Part shown: piece by piece, positions 26,309-38,100 of the stretch
How positions within the stretch are numbered: the first letter of the stretch is position 1
How the letters are laid out: each line of letters starts with the position of its first letter
Source of the DNA: Paraspadella gotoi
Lineage: Eukaryota > Animalia > Chaetognatha
DNA length: 64,000 nt
Reading direction: 5' to 3'
NCBI GenBank assembly: GCA_051294375.1
Contig: JBJCIZ010000028.1
Location: 551,623 to 615,622 of the forward strand
The notes under the pieces: generated by a model
Database searches by the model: none
What the model was told of the DNA's origin: nothing
What the model saw: only the letters and a program-made list of their open reading frames with translations
Made by a program: the position numbers and the translations under genes

Positions 26309-28178
26309 ATGATGATGGAAGCGTCGCCCGAAGGTAAGGCGCTAATTATTTAACTTTAATTTAAAAAAAAAATATTTGTAAATAAAAATATTCAAAAAAA
26401 TGATAAAAAAAACCTCTTTTTTTTATCGAACCTTCTCTTCAGTGGGAATCGCCATGGACTCGAGCGAAGGAGGCGCGAGCCGCAAGGCCCCCGACGGGAA
26501 AGGAAGCTACAACATCCTCAACGATTTTAACTACAACAACAACGTCGCCTCCGCTCACATCTATATTAGGTGAGAGAAGGAAGGACCTTAGGATATGAAG
26601 TCTAAAAATGGGATGGAGTATCGTCTGTCGAGTGATTATCTATATTCGGTGAGAGAAAGGAGGACCTTAGGATATGAAGTTTTATATCATCTGTCCTCAA
26701 CTCATTCCATATCCGGTCTAATTAATCGACATAGTTTGGAAGACCACGACGTAGTTAGTAGGGCGAGACAGTATTTCGTACCAGGAATATCGAAAGGAAC
26801 ATAAAGTTTGAACAGACTAAAAAATATTGTGAATAGTTAGAACCGAGGCCCACCCGCTCTAGTAGGTCTATTCTTGGTTTCCAATCACTCCCAACCCCTA
26901 AAATTTCCCCAACCACTTCTTCCCCCTCCCCCCCTACCCCATTCCCCCCTCCCTTAGAATGGGTTTCCTCCGCAAAGTCTACGGGATCCTCTTGCTCAGC
27001 TGTTGACGACCACGCTCATCGCCGGCCTCTTCCTCTCCTCGGAACGAGTCAAGACCTTCGTCCAGGGTTCTCCCAACATGCTCGTCGTCGCCATGGTGTT
27101 CTCCTTCGTCACCATGATCGCTCTTTTCGTCAAGCGACGCGACGCTCCGGCCAACTTTGTGCTGCTCGGAATCTTTGTGAGTTTGGGGGTGTTGCGGGCG
27201 AGGAAGGAAGGATGAATGAATGTATCTAACATTTTTCCTATTATTTTGTCTCTTTTTAAGTAAATAGATTTTATTTTTGTTATGAAAACACGATTGTGAG
27301 GAACGTAATGTCCCCAAAAAAATCGATGATTGATGAATATGTCTCTGTAATAGTCTAATTGATTAAGAAAGAGTAATGACCCTCTGGCGTCCTATTAAAG
27401 CCTCTAAACAACAATTGACCCAACGACCCTCTGGTGAAATCACGATCGGTGAAAGTTCTCTTTGCAAACCCAATTAATAGTAATTTTATGATTATCATTT
27501 ATTAATGATATTCTATATCTTTTATTTCGAAAGACTCTAGTCGAAGCTTACACCGTCGGCGTCGTCGTCACCTTCTACGACAAGTTGGTCGTCCTCGAGG
27601 CCTTCGGTCTCACGGCCGCCGTCACCCTCTCTCTCACTCGTGAGTCGAAGATTGTTATATATGTTTTTATTAATATTAATTATTAATACTTCTCCTTCCA
27701 GTCTACACTCTGCAATCGAAACGCGATTTTTCCGGATGGGCCGCGGGATTATTCTCCGTCCTCTTCGTTTTGATAATCGCCGGGTTTTTGCAGGTTTCCG
27801 TTCCGCTATTATTTTTTATTATTATTGTTATTATATTATTATAATTAATATTTTAATATCGATGCAGATATTTTTTCACTCTCACGTGATGGAGATGGGA
27901 ATCGCGGTCGGCGGCGCCGTTCTCTTCTCTCTCTTCATCGTCGTCGATACTTCGATGATGATGCATCAACTCTCGCCCGGTGAGACAGAGAGAGAGAGAG
28001 AGAGAAAGAAAAAGAGAGAGAGAGAGAATGCGAGCGAGAGAGAGACAGAGAGATCCTTTTAATTCCATTTGTCTTCTTTCCAGAGGAATACATCTTGGCG
28101 GCCATCAACTTGTACTTGGACATCATCAACCTGTTCCTTCATCTCCTGCGAATCCTCAGCGAGATGCAGAAGAATTGA
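26309..28178 (+). CDS. TMBIM4: Transmembrane BAX inhibitor motif protein 4 (Lifeguard 4/GAAP)
   Basis: [27 protein letters not shown] near the N-terminus; C-terminal [27 protein letters not shown]; about 7 GT-AG exons. One apparent 1-nt deletion near 26990. Confidence 0.9.
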
Positions 28179-28731
28179 GTTCCATTCCTCACGTTACGCT
28201 ATATAATACGGAAGATGAAATCAATTCGCCCGGATGTTCTTTCAAGGAAACTATTATTATTTTTTCTTCTCATTGTTATCGGGGGGGGGGAGGTGTTTAT
28301 TTGATGTTTTGAACTTTTGAACGCAGGGATATGAAAATAATAAGTTTTAAAACTAGATATTTTTCCCCTTATTCTTCGTGATTTAATGATTGATATTGCA
28401 TATAAATTAAGGTGATATTTCTTCAAACCAATTGGAATATCGGCCTTTTTACAATTCTGTAAAAAATTTTTATTCCGGTTCCATCAAAGTTTGTGACATT
28501 GTGAACCTTGAAACTTTCCGTGCCAGAAAAGTAAGATTTTTACTCTCGATATACGTCGACTTCTGTTTGTAATAGTCGTGGTGTCGCGACATTTATATAT
28601 CTCTAATATTTCGCTTATGTGTAAAAAAGGTTATGGAAAAATGGAACGGAGCTAATCCGGTTTTCCTCTCTTGCGTTATTTTGAAATAACTTGTTTTCCA
28701 ATGATTTTCTCGGAAATGCTCTTTCTTTTGG

Positions 28732-28801
<70 letters not shown>

Positions 28802-28955
28802 CTCGGAACCCCTGCACTCGTAATTCTAGTCAAAACTAAAGACGGCTGAGCCGATAACGAATCCCTTTTTTCTCCTAAGAAATATCCTAGCGAACTAAAA
28901 TATTCGTCGCTCAATAGTGAATCGCTCGACGATCTAAAACTTTGGCGTCCAGTCA

Positions 28956-31900
28956 ATGGCGAGTTTCAGCGTGCCCGTGATTCAGGACAACCCCACGGGA
29001 TGGGGCCCTTGTTCACTTCCGGAAGTCTTCAAGGACATGCCTTACCAACCCTTCGCCAAAGGAGATCGGTTGGGGAAGGTCGCGGATTGGACCGGGGCCA
29101 CTTACCAGGACAGGCGATACACCAACAAGTGAGTTTTTATTTAAAATAATAAGCATAGTTTATACTAATTCTATGTATCTATATTGTATAAATATAATTA
29201 TTCATTTATCTTTCTCTCTCTCTTCAGATATTCGTCCCAATTCGGACAAGGCAACAGCCTCTACGCCTACATCCACGAGGAAGACGAGAGCACCTTCCAG
29301 CTGGTCGACAGCTCCAAGCAGCAGAAGCCTCTCTTCCAGCGGCAGCGCAAGTTCCAGCAGCAGCAGCGCAACCTCCGTCGACAGCAGCAGCAAAAGGACA
29401 AGACCAACGTCAACATGCAGATTCTGACCAAGAGTCAGAAGAATAGGGAGAGGGACAGGCAGAGACAAGTCAGGAAATGGCAGAAGCAGTACGGTAAGAG
29501 TTATATTTTAAAATGTATATTATTTATATGATACGTTTTCGTTTGTATGTACCTATATTCTTTCATTTTCGCCGCAGGAAATCGTATCGAGCAGAAACAA
29601 GCCGTGCAAATCAAGCACCGCGACGCTTCCGTTCAAGTACGTTGATGATTTAATAATTGAATGAGAGGACAGACCGTTTTTAAACCTCCTGTTATATAGA
29701 CAATCTTATCCGAAGACAACGCTTATTTTATAAGTAATACTTTCTTAATTGTCATCTGAAAACTTTTAAAATATGGTAAAACTTATATAATTATATATTG
29801 ATATCGTAACTTAGCATTCAATGTTCTAATTCCCCTTCCCGCCTAAAAAAAAAAAAAAATAGGTAAAGGACACTTGGGCCGTTGTGGAGGAAATGGATTT
29901 CCCCCGCCTGGCCAAACTCTCCCTGCCCAACGTGGTCGAGGCGCAAGACATCGTCAAATGCGGGACGCTCGAGTTTTACGACAAGACCTACGACCGAGTC
30001 AATACGAAGACCGAGCGCCGACTGCAGAGAGTCAACAGGATCTTCCACAAAGTAGGTGGAGACTGGAGAAGATGTTGTGATGTTGTGGTTGCTGCTGTGG
30101 CGGGAGAATCTGCTGTGTCCAAGATTGTAGTGTGACGGTTGGATTTTTTTCACGGATCATTTTGGAGGACGGATTTATCATGTGTCATTTTTTTGTGGGA
30201 GTCGGTCTTCACTTTAATTATATGTAAGGGATGATTACTTATAAAATATTTGTTTCGGACTTATCTTTTCGTTGCATTTAGAATTTAATATCAATGACGG
30301 TTTTTTTGTTTTGTTTACAGACAACAAAGTTTATTTATTTTCAAAGGAAAACGTAACGAAACGATACATATATACGTTTTCCTTTGAAAATAAATAACCT
30401 TTGTTGTGTGTAAACAAAAAAAACTCATTGATCTTAAAATATATTGATAGAAAATTTATAGTAATAAAAGGTAATATATAATATATTTATTTTTTCTCAA
30501 ACCTTTTCAAGGTGACGACGACAGACGATCCCGTCATCCGTCAACTGGCGAAGACGACGGGCAACGTCTTCGCGACGGACGCCATCTTGGCGACGCTCAT
30601 GTGCGCCACGCGCTCCGTCTACTCCTGGGACATTTTGGTCCAAAGGGTCGGAAACAAACTCTTCTTCGACAAGAGGGACGATTCGGGTCAGTTTTAGTGT
30701 CGGGTGGGATCGTGGAGTTTGGGTGGCATTTACTGAGAATCGGTTCTTGGATTTAATAATAAATTTGCAAATGATTAATGACAAATTTTCTTAGATCTTT
30801 AACATTAAAACGACTAAAAGTACTAACGTTTAATAATTTATCTTGAGATTAAGGAAGAAAAAAATGTTATTTTTTGTTAAATAAAGTTTTTACTTTAACA
30901 ACCTCCCTCTTTTCACCCAATCAGAGTTCGACCTCCTGACGGTGAGCGAGACGGCCCAGGAGCCTCCCCAGGACGAGGGCAACTCCATCAACTCTCCCCA
31001 CAACCTCGCGCTGGAGGCGACCTTCATCAACCACAACTTCTCCCAGCAAGTCCTCAAGTCGGTGGAGAAGCCCGAGGACCGGTTGGCCTTCGAGAAGCCC
31101 AATCCCTTCGTTCAGGAGAAGGACGAAGAGAAGGCGAGTTTAAGAGTTTTAGTTTTAATGTTGATAAATTCATTTTAAAATAATAATGCTATGAGTACAA
31201 TGATGGATACAATAACTATCAATTTATTTTATAAATGCTATGGTACTTTAGATAGTAACATAGCCGGATCCTGCTATCTTTCTTTTACGGCTCAAACACA
31301 GTTTAGTTTAGGCCTATTAACTACAGAGCATTACCTGGTTTCCAATTAAATAAAAGGACCCCACCCCTTATGTTTTAGGTCGGGAAATACTATAATTGTA
31401 CTCGACACTCGTACCAAAATAACGGAGCTCATGATGAAATTGATACAACTAATGAAAATAATTGTTTTCATTCGTTCGATAATCGATAATATCTTGCCCC
31501 CGACTTTGGACACGCCATGCTCAATTAAAACTAAATTTATCTCTCAATATCGCACCAGGAGGTAGCCTCAGTGGCCTACCGCTACCGGAAGTGGGACTTG
31601 GGCAACAACATCACCCTCGTCTGTCGATGCGAACACGACTCGGTCATGATCGGACCCAATGGAGAGAATCAGTTCATCAACGTCAAGTCGCTCAACGAGT
31701 GGGACTCCAAGTCAGTTATCTACTTATTAATGATTTATGATTATCAATGATGTTATATCATTGCTCTTTTTTTTTTCCAGATTGGCGCACGGCGTCGATT
31801 GGCGTCAAAAGTTAGACACTCAACGAGGAGCCGTCGTCGCCACAGAGTTGAAGAACAACTCTTGCAAGTTGGCCAAATGGACGGTGAGTCTTTTATTTAT

Positions 31901-32611
31901 TTTGTTATATCAATCATTTATCGTTTTTCTTCCTTTTACAATTTTCTTTCTTTTTTTCCTTTAGGTAAGTTCTTTGATGGCCGGGTCGGACCAAATCAAG
32001 TTCGGCTACGTCTCTCGCGCGTCGCCCCGGGATTCCACGCGTCACGTGATCCTGGGCACGCATCAGTTCAAGCCGAGCGAGTTCGCCAATCAGGTTCGTG
32101 CGTGGACGCGTTTGGTTATTTATATAATTTAATTGGCGTTTAATAATAAATGTACGCAATTAATTCCCGTATCAAGATTAATTTGAACCTCGACAACGCC
32201 TGGGGAATCCTGCGCTGCATCGTCGACACTTGCATGAAGCTCAAGGAGGGAAAATACCTCATCATGAAGGTCGTTATGATAATCATTGTGACATAATTAC
32301 TATCGGAAATGAATGACAATCATTGGTCTTTACAGCGGTTATTTAACAAGCTTATTCCCCCCCATCCCGGGATCAGGATCCCAACAAGCCCGTCATCCGC
32401 ATCTACGACATCCCCGACGATACCTTCGAATCTTCCGACGAAGAGGACGACGAAGACGGCGACGACGAGGACGAAGACGACGACGAGGACGAGGAGGAAG
32501 AGTCCGACGAGGAAGAGGAAGAAGAGAAGGAAACTGAGGGAGAGAAGAAGGTGGAGGAGAAGAAGGTGGAGGAGAAGAAACCGGCCGAGGAGGAGAAGAA
32601 GGAAGAGAAGT

Positions 32612-32613
<2 letters not shown>
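28956..32613 (+). CDS. EIF3D: Eukaryotic translation initiation factor 3 subunit D
   Basis: Starts [38 protein letters not shown]. Also [45 protein letters not shown] and [21 protein letters not shown], then an acidic tail. About 11 exons; TGA at 32611-32613. Confidence 0.96.
30309..30419. repeat. ~47-bp near-perfect inverted repeat (hairpin) in an EIF3D intron
   Basis: ttttgtttacagacaacaaagtttatttattttcaaaggaaaacgta pairs with tacgttttcctttgaaaataaataacctttgttgtgtgtaaacaaaa; loop ~17 nt. Confidence 0.85.
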
Positions 32614-32642
<29 letters not shown>

Positions 32643-32993
32643 TGTGTCAGAGAAAGGTTGGTCACAGAGGAAAGGACACAAAGCGACGTCTCTCCAACAT
32701 TCGGTCCCGTCGTTTGTAAGAACGAAAACAAAAACAACTGTTCCCTTCCCTCAAACCTCGGATATTTTTAGAAACGAATTGAATCTACTAATGTAGAACT
32801 TATATATATTCGAGTCACGAAAAGTATATAACCTTTTTTTTTTCAATTTTAGTTTTTAAATTAACGGACTCCTTTTCAGTTTTCTAGTATTAAGTCTTTT
32901 TTTCTTCAGGCGCTTCAGTTTTCTATCGAATTATTTTCTAACTTCCAGGTTTATATTTTATACTAGCATAAAATAAAACTTAAGATTTTAAAA

Positions 32994-34864
32994 ATGTTGA
33001 AAAGCGAAGAGAAACAATTTGACGAAGAGATGGAGAGCGAGGAGGAAGAAGAGGATGACGACGACGACGACGACGAATCCGGAGAATCCGACAAAGAACT
33101 TCAGATCGCCTTTGAAAAAGGTATTAAAACTCATTTGATTATCAAAATTATTTATATACATTGTAATGATTAAAACTCCATCCTCTCCCCTCTACGAAAA
33201 GGCCTCCTCAAACCCGGCCTCTTCAAAGTTGAGGAGAAGAAAGAGCACGTGAACGACGTCGCGGGTCTGAAGGCGGCGCTGGACAAGTTCGAGACGAGAC
33301 GGAAGCTGGAGTGGGTGGAGAGGCTCGAAGTCACTCAGTCGGCCGGAGATGGGACCGAGGATGTGTCGCCCGCCGTCGACGCCAAGACCAAAGACTCGGA
33401 GGAGCTCGTCCACGATGACTTTCGCCGGGAGATGGCCATTCATCGCCAGGCCCAGGCCGCCTGGCTGGAGGCCCTCCAGAGATTAAGGAAATTGGGTACG
33501 CCCTCGGGGTGGTCTTCGTCCGTTTAATCCTTTATTTGGTAAGTTTCCCGTAAAAAAATTATCATTATCATTGTAATTTTTTGCCATTTTGCCCGACAGG
33601 CGTGCCGACGAAACGGCCCGACGATTATTTCGCGGAGATGGTGAAGCCCGACAATCACATGAAGAAAGTTCGGGAGAAGATTCTCTCCAAGCAAATGTCA
33701 ATGGAGAAGACGGAGAAACTGAGGAAACTCAGGTAAGAGGTTTTTCCTATTAGACTATTTTTTTTTTTAATTTATGATATTTGTAATTTGTAGTAATGTT
33801 TTATATGGTAGTCGTTGCGGAAGCGAGTGTTGCTCGTGTTCCTCCCTCCAAAGTCATAGTACTTGTCTTCAGACGTTACCTTGTGCTCATTTAACTCTCA
33901 AATCTCGGTTGTAAGCCCCTACATTCTTTCCGGCCAGCCAATCTATATAAACCCGTACCCAGGTACCCTAGCTATGGGAAATTGAGTAGGCCCGTGTATG
34001 CATGGCAAGGCCGAAACCTGGTTCCAAGCCGAAAAAACCTTTCCAATGTTGGCGAGGAAAATATAGACAGTTATTTTTTAGCTTAATAAACCATTGAAAC
34101 GGCTAAGCAGGACGGGTGAAGCGTGAAATCCAAATCATGCGCCAGTGAGGGATTATTTTCCCACGTAAAATTCTATTTTCTCTCTGCTCATTTTCGGCTA
34201 ATATAATTAACTACTTAACTACTCAAAGACGAGATGCTCACAGGCTCGGTACAAGGTGTTTGTGGCTATTGGATGCTACACCATGCCTGCTACATTGATC
34301 TTTAAAAATAATGAATTTTGTTTTCATTTTACCGATTTATTAATTTATCGAATACCTAATCAATTTTAACGATCGATCCTTTCACCCCTTTCGTCCTGCA
34401 GAGAACTCAAGAAATACGGCAAGAAAGTCCAGCAAGAAGTCTTGGCCAAACGGCAGAAGGAGAAGAAGAACCTCGCAGACTCCGTCGCCAAATTCCGTCG
34501 CGGAATCAACGATAAACTCGACTTCATGAAGGACGACGACTTTGGCGGCGTCGAGGCCGAAGACCGACGCCGTCGGACCGACAAGGCCGACAAACCGACA
34601 ACTCCCAAGCCGAACAAGAAGCGAATCGAGAAGAACAAAAAGTTCGGACACGGAGGGCAGAAGAAGAGGGGCAAGTACAACACGGCCGACTCCGCCGCGG
34701 ATCTATCGTCGGGACCCAAACCGAAAAAGGGAAAACGAGCTGGCCCGCCGGCGGGCAAGGGCGGTTGGGGAAAGACCAAGACGGCGGCGGCGGGGAAGAA
34801 AGCGGCGAAGGCGCCGCGACTCGGGAAATCGAAAAGGATGCAGAATAAAAACAAAAGGAGATAG
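32994..34864 (+). CDS. EBNA1BP2: rRNA-processing protein EBP2
   Basis: Exons 32994-33121, 33202-33495, 33600-33732, 34402-34864. Motifs DKELQIAFEKGLLKPGL, DDFRREMAIHRQAQ, TKRPDDYFAEMVKPDNHMKKVR, ELKKYGKKVQ, KFGHGGQKKRGKYNT and RLGKSKR. Confidence 0.93.
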
Positions 34865-35138
34865 TGATTTTTTTTAGTTTTGTTTTGTTATGTTTTGTCT
34901 TTTTAAAGAGATTGTTATGTTCTACCTGCTGCGCTCTTTTTTGTTTCAGCGAACAAATCGAGGCGCTATATTTTAAACGAAATGTGATTCATCGTATGCA
35001 AGCCTGATTATCTGTGATACCGGATCTTACCTCGGTGAACCCGTCAACGTCTGTGATTCTCCTTCTTTTTTCGTGGGGGTCATGAACCACTGTCTCTGAT
35101 TAAATTCTTTTCGTCGCGCGACAAAGAAAACAAACGAG

Positions 35139-38100
35139 ATGGCGTCGCTCGATCGCGGCGACGCGGACGGGGCGCCCGAAAATGCCACGCCCGAAACTGC
35201 CACGCCCGAAACTGCCACGCCCATTGACGTTGAGGTTCTCTCGTCCGAAGCGAAAGAGAAAGAGGAGGCGACCGCGCCGCCGCCGCAGCCTCCGCAGCCT
35301 CCGCAGCCGGAAGTCTTTGGTTGGAAGGCGAAACTTGATCATCGATTCGCGTCAAAGGCTTCGCCGCTGAAGATGATTCGTCTCAAACAAGTGCCCGACC
35401 TCGTCTCCACCTTCTTTCGATACGCGTGAGTTTGAAGTTTGAGTTTAAGTATGAAAAATTTGCAAGATTACTTGTTTTACTAAATTAGACTCGAAGACTC
35501 GAATTCAAAGAGTCGAAACATGTCCGTTCTATTAAAATAAAATCGTTGTAATAAATATGTTCAAAAGAATTTTCGAGGTTAATCAGTTGGGAACCCATAT
35601 CCTTCGTGGATTTCGGCTCTTTAATCCCAATATCCAGATTTCCAGTTATTTGATTTATATTGAGTTTTCTGTTTTTTAAAGATGAGAGACGGGTTGTCGA
35701 TGTCTTTTGATTAGAATCGTTTTGACGTTTAATTGATGTGAAATTAGGACTGTATTTTTTCACTGTCTCGAATCTCACATTTGCATTTAAGAAAGTAGAC
35801 AGAGATTTCAACGCTCAATTTTTGTTTGTGATAATTGATTTGGAAGTTTATTCTAAAAAACGGACAATATTTTTACCGTTCTAATTCTCAAACCTACGAA
35901 TTGAAAGAGAATTCTAATAATTAATACTAAATACTTGATTAGTGATTAATGTAGATGCCTATTTGACTCGATATTTTGTATCGTCTTCAGTCATTGGCGA
36001 ACGAAGCGCGAAGTCCGCGGGAAAAAGGCTTACATCGACATCTTCGACGTGATGGGTTATAATCCCGTCCACGGCGTGCCTCTCGGTGGAATCGGCTCCG
36101 GCACCATGACGAGAGGTCTGCGCTTTCCTCAACTTGGGTAAACGAATACGATATTCATTTGTATCATGTTTTTCTTAGGCTTCCGCGGCGACTTTACTCG
36201 CTTTCACTTGGTTCCCGGTCGCTACGAGTATCACCCGGTGATCGCCAATCAATTTCTGGTCACGATTCGTCGGAGCAATCAAACGGTTTTCTCTCAAGTC
36301 CTTTCTCCGCTTCGGCCCAGCGGTAAAGAGATCATTTCCGAGAAATTACATCCGCGTTTCCGAGAAATAATCTATTTTCGTCTCCCCTTTCCACCCAAGG
36401 TCGCGGCCTCTCCGCTTGGAACTGGTCGATGAGCGGCGGAAGCGCCGAGTATCGCGCCCTCTACCCGCGCGCCTTCACCTCCTACGACTTGCCCGGTCAG
36501 CCCGTCCGACTCCTCTGCCGTCAGGTCTCGCCCGTCATTCCCCACGACTACGAAGACTCTTGCCTGCCCGTCGCCTTGTTCGTTTGGAAAGTGGAGCTCA
36601 AGGAGGCGGAAAATTTAGAGGGTGAGTTGACCGAAAGACCGAAAGTTTGCGGGAAAGGAAGCGCGAGCTATTTAGGGTTTTATTTGTTCATATGCGACAT
36701 AGTATTTATATTGTAAGGCCCGAGGATCTGGGTTTGGTTTTTTATTAAACGTTATTAATTACGTAGTTGGTGGTAAATCTAAAGTATCTTCTGGCTAACT
36801 CAGAGCGTTCGGTCTCTGGTGCCAACTCTGACAAAACCAAAATAGCTAGACACAGCCTGAATACTACCTGGAGAGTACGAGCTAAAAATACGTCAAATTT
36901 TTTTGACAGATTGCTAAAAAATATAGCTAGATTTTTATCTGCTTACTTGGTTATTATTACATGAGAATATTATCGTCTATAGAGAAAAAAAGCATGATTC
37001 TGTTTACTATTTTAATCTATAAAAGTACACAGAAAACAAAAATTAACACGTTATTCACGTTCAGCATGCAATGCTAAAAAAAAGTAAGAACAAGTCAATG
37101 AGTGATAAAAAGGTGCTTCTTGAAAAATTTCCTCTGCATCTGATAAAACTTGTATTATTCTTCATCCTCATCTCACTCCTGCTGTTCATTATGGTTAATA
37201 AGTTGGGTCTTTTTTGTGATCATACATTGACTGATTGAAGTTATCCATCATAAGTTGGCAGTGGCTTAAAGGTAGCACAGGAGACAGGGACTGGCCAATG
37301 GCCATTCCCCTTCGAGATGGCTACTTGGCCATCAGATTACAGTTTGTTTTCTCTTTCCGGCCATCTTTTACCTCCTTATATATAGTTTAAATTAAAGTCA
37401 AACCATTGAGAATATATAAAGATTAGTTAGCTTAATACCTAACATAATCTTGACTTTACAGTTCACTTAATTTTCATACGTGCTTACGTATACGTACCTA
37501 CCAATTAAATAATCCTAACTTAATATTTTGTTGCTGCCGAAATAAAATTCTATGCTTCCTTCGCGTGAGTTTCTATCCGTTAACTGCAATAGGGGCAAAT
37601 TACTATTTTGGTTAAAAAAATTGCTTTTACTTCAGTTATTGACTTGATAAGTTCAAATTAATTCTGTGACAAATCCGTTCTATAGTCCTTCACAGACATC
37701 CCTCTCATCTACATTCTGAGCCTAAACTTCGTGCTCTATCCTCCAGACCCCATTCGATACGTGCAACCCTCACCTTTGTCTTCCAAAACGGTAAGCGATC
37801 TGCAGCAACTCGCAGTGACGGAACACGCGGAGAGGCATGAGACACTGCAAGGTTAAGATACATACGATTAAAAAATGGCGGGAATCGAGGTGCAGACTTT
37901 CCTAGCAATAAATTATTCATCTTCCTACAAAGAATTATGCATGAATAACTACATATTTAGCACCTCCGCAGAAAATATTCACACATTTTTGATAATTGTT
38001 GGATTCTTGAAAGTTTCTCATTCTTAATTTTGCTGGAGAAAACTGAAATATCAACCTAAAAATCTTTTTTCGAATGCCTCTTTATGGACTTTCCTCGCCA

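Noticed and set aside
33810-34090. GC-richer island in EBP2 intron 3 that might be a SINE or snoRNA
   Set aside because: No convincing A/B boxes, C/D or H/ACA boxes, tail or second copy in the window.
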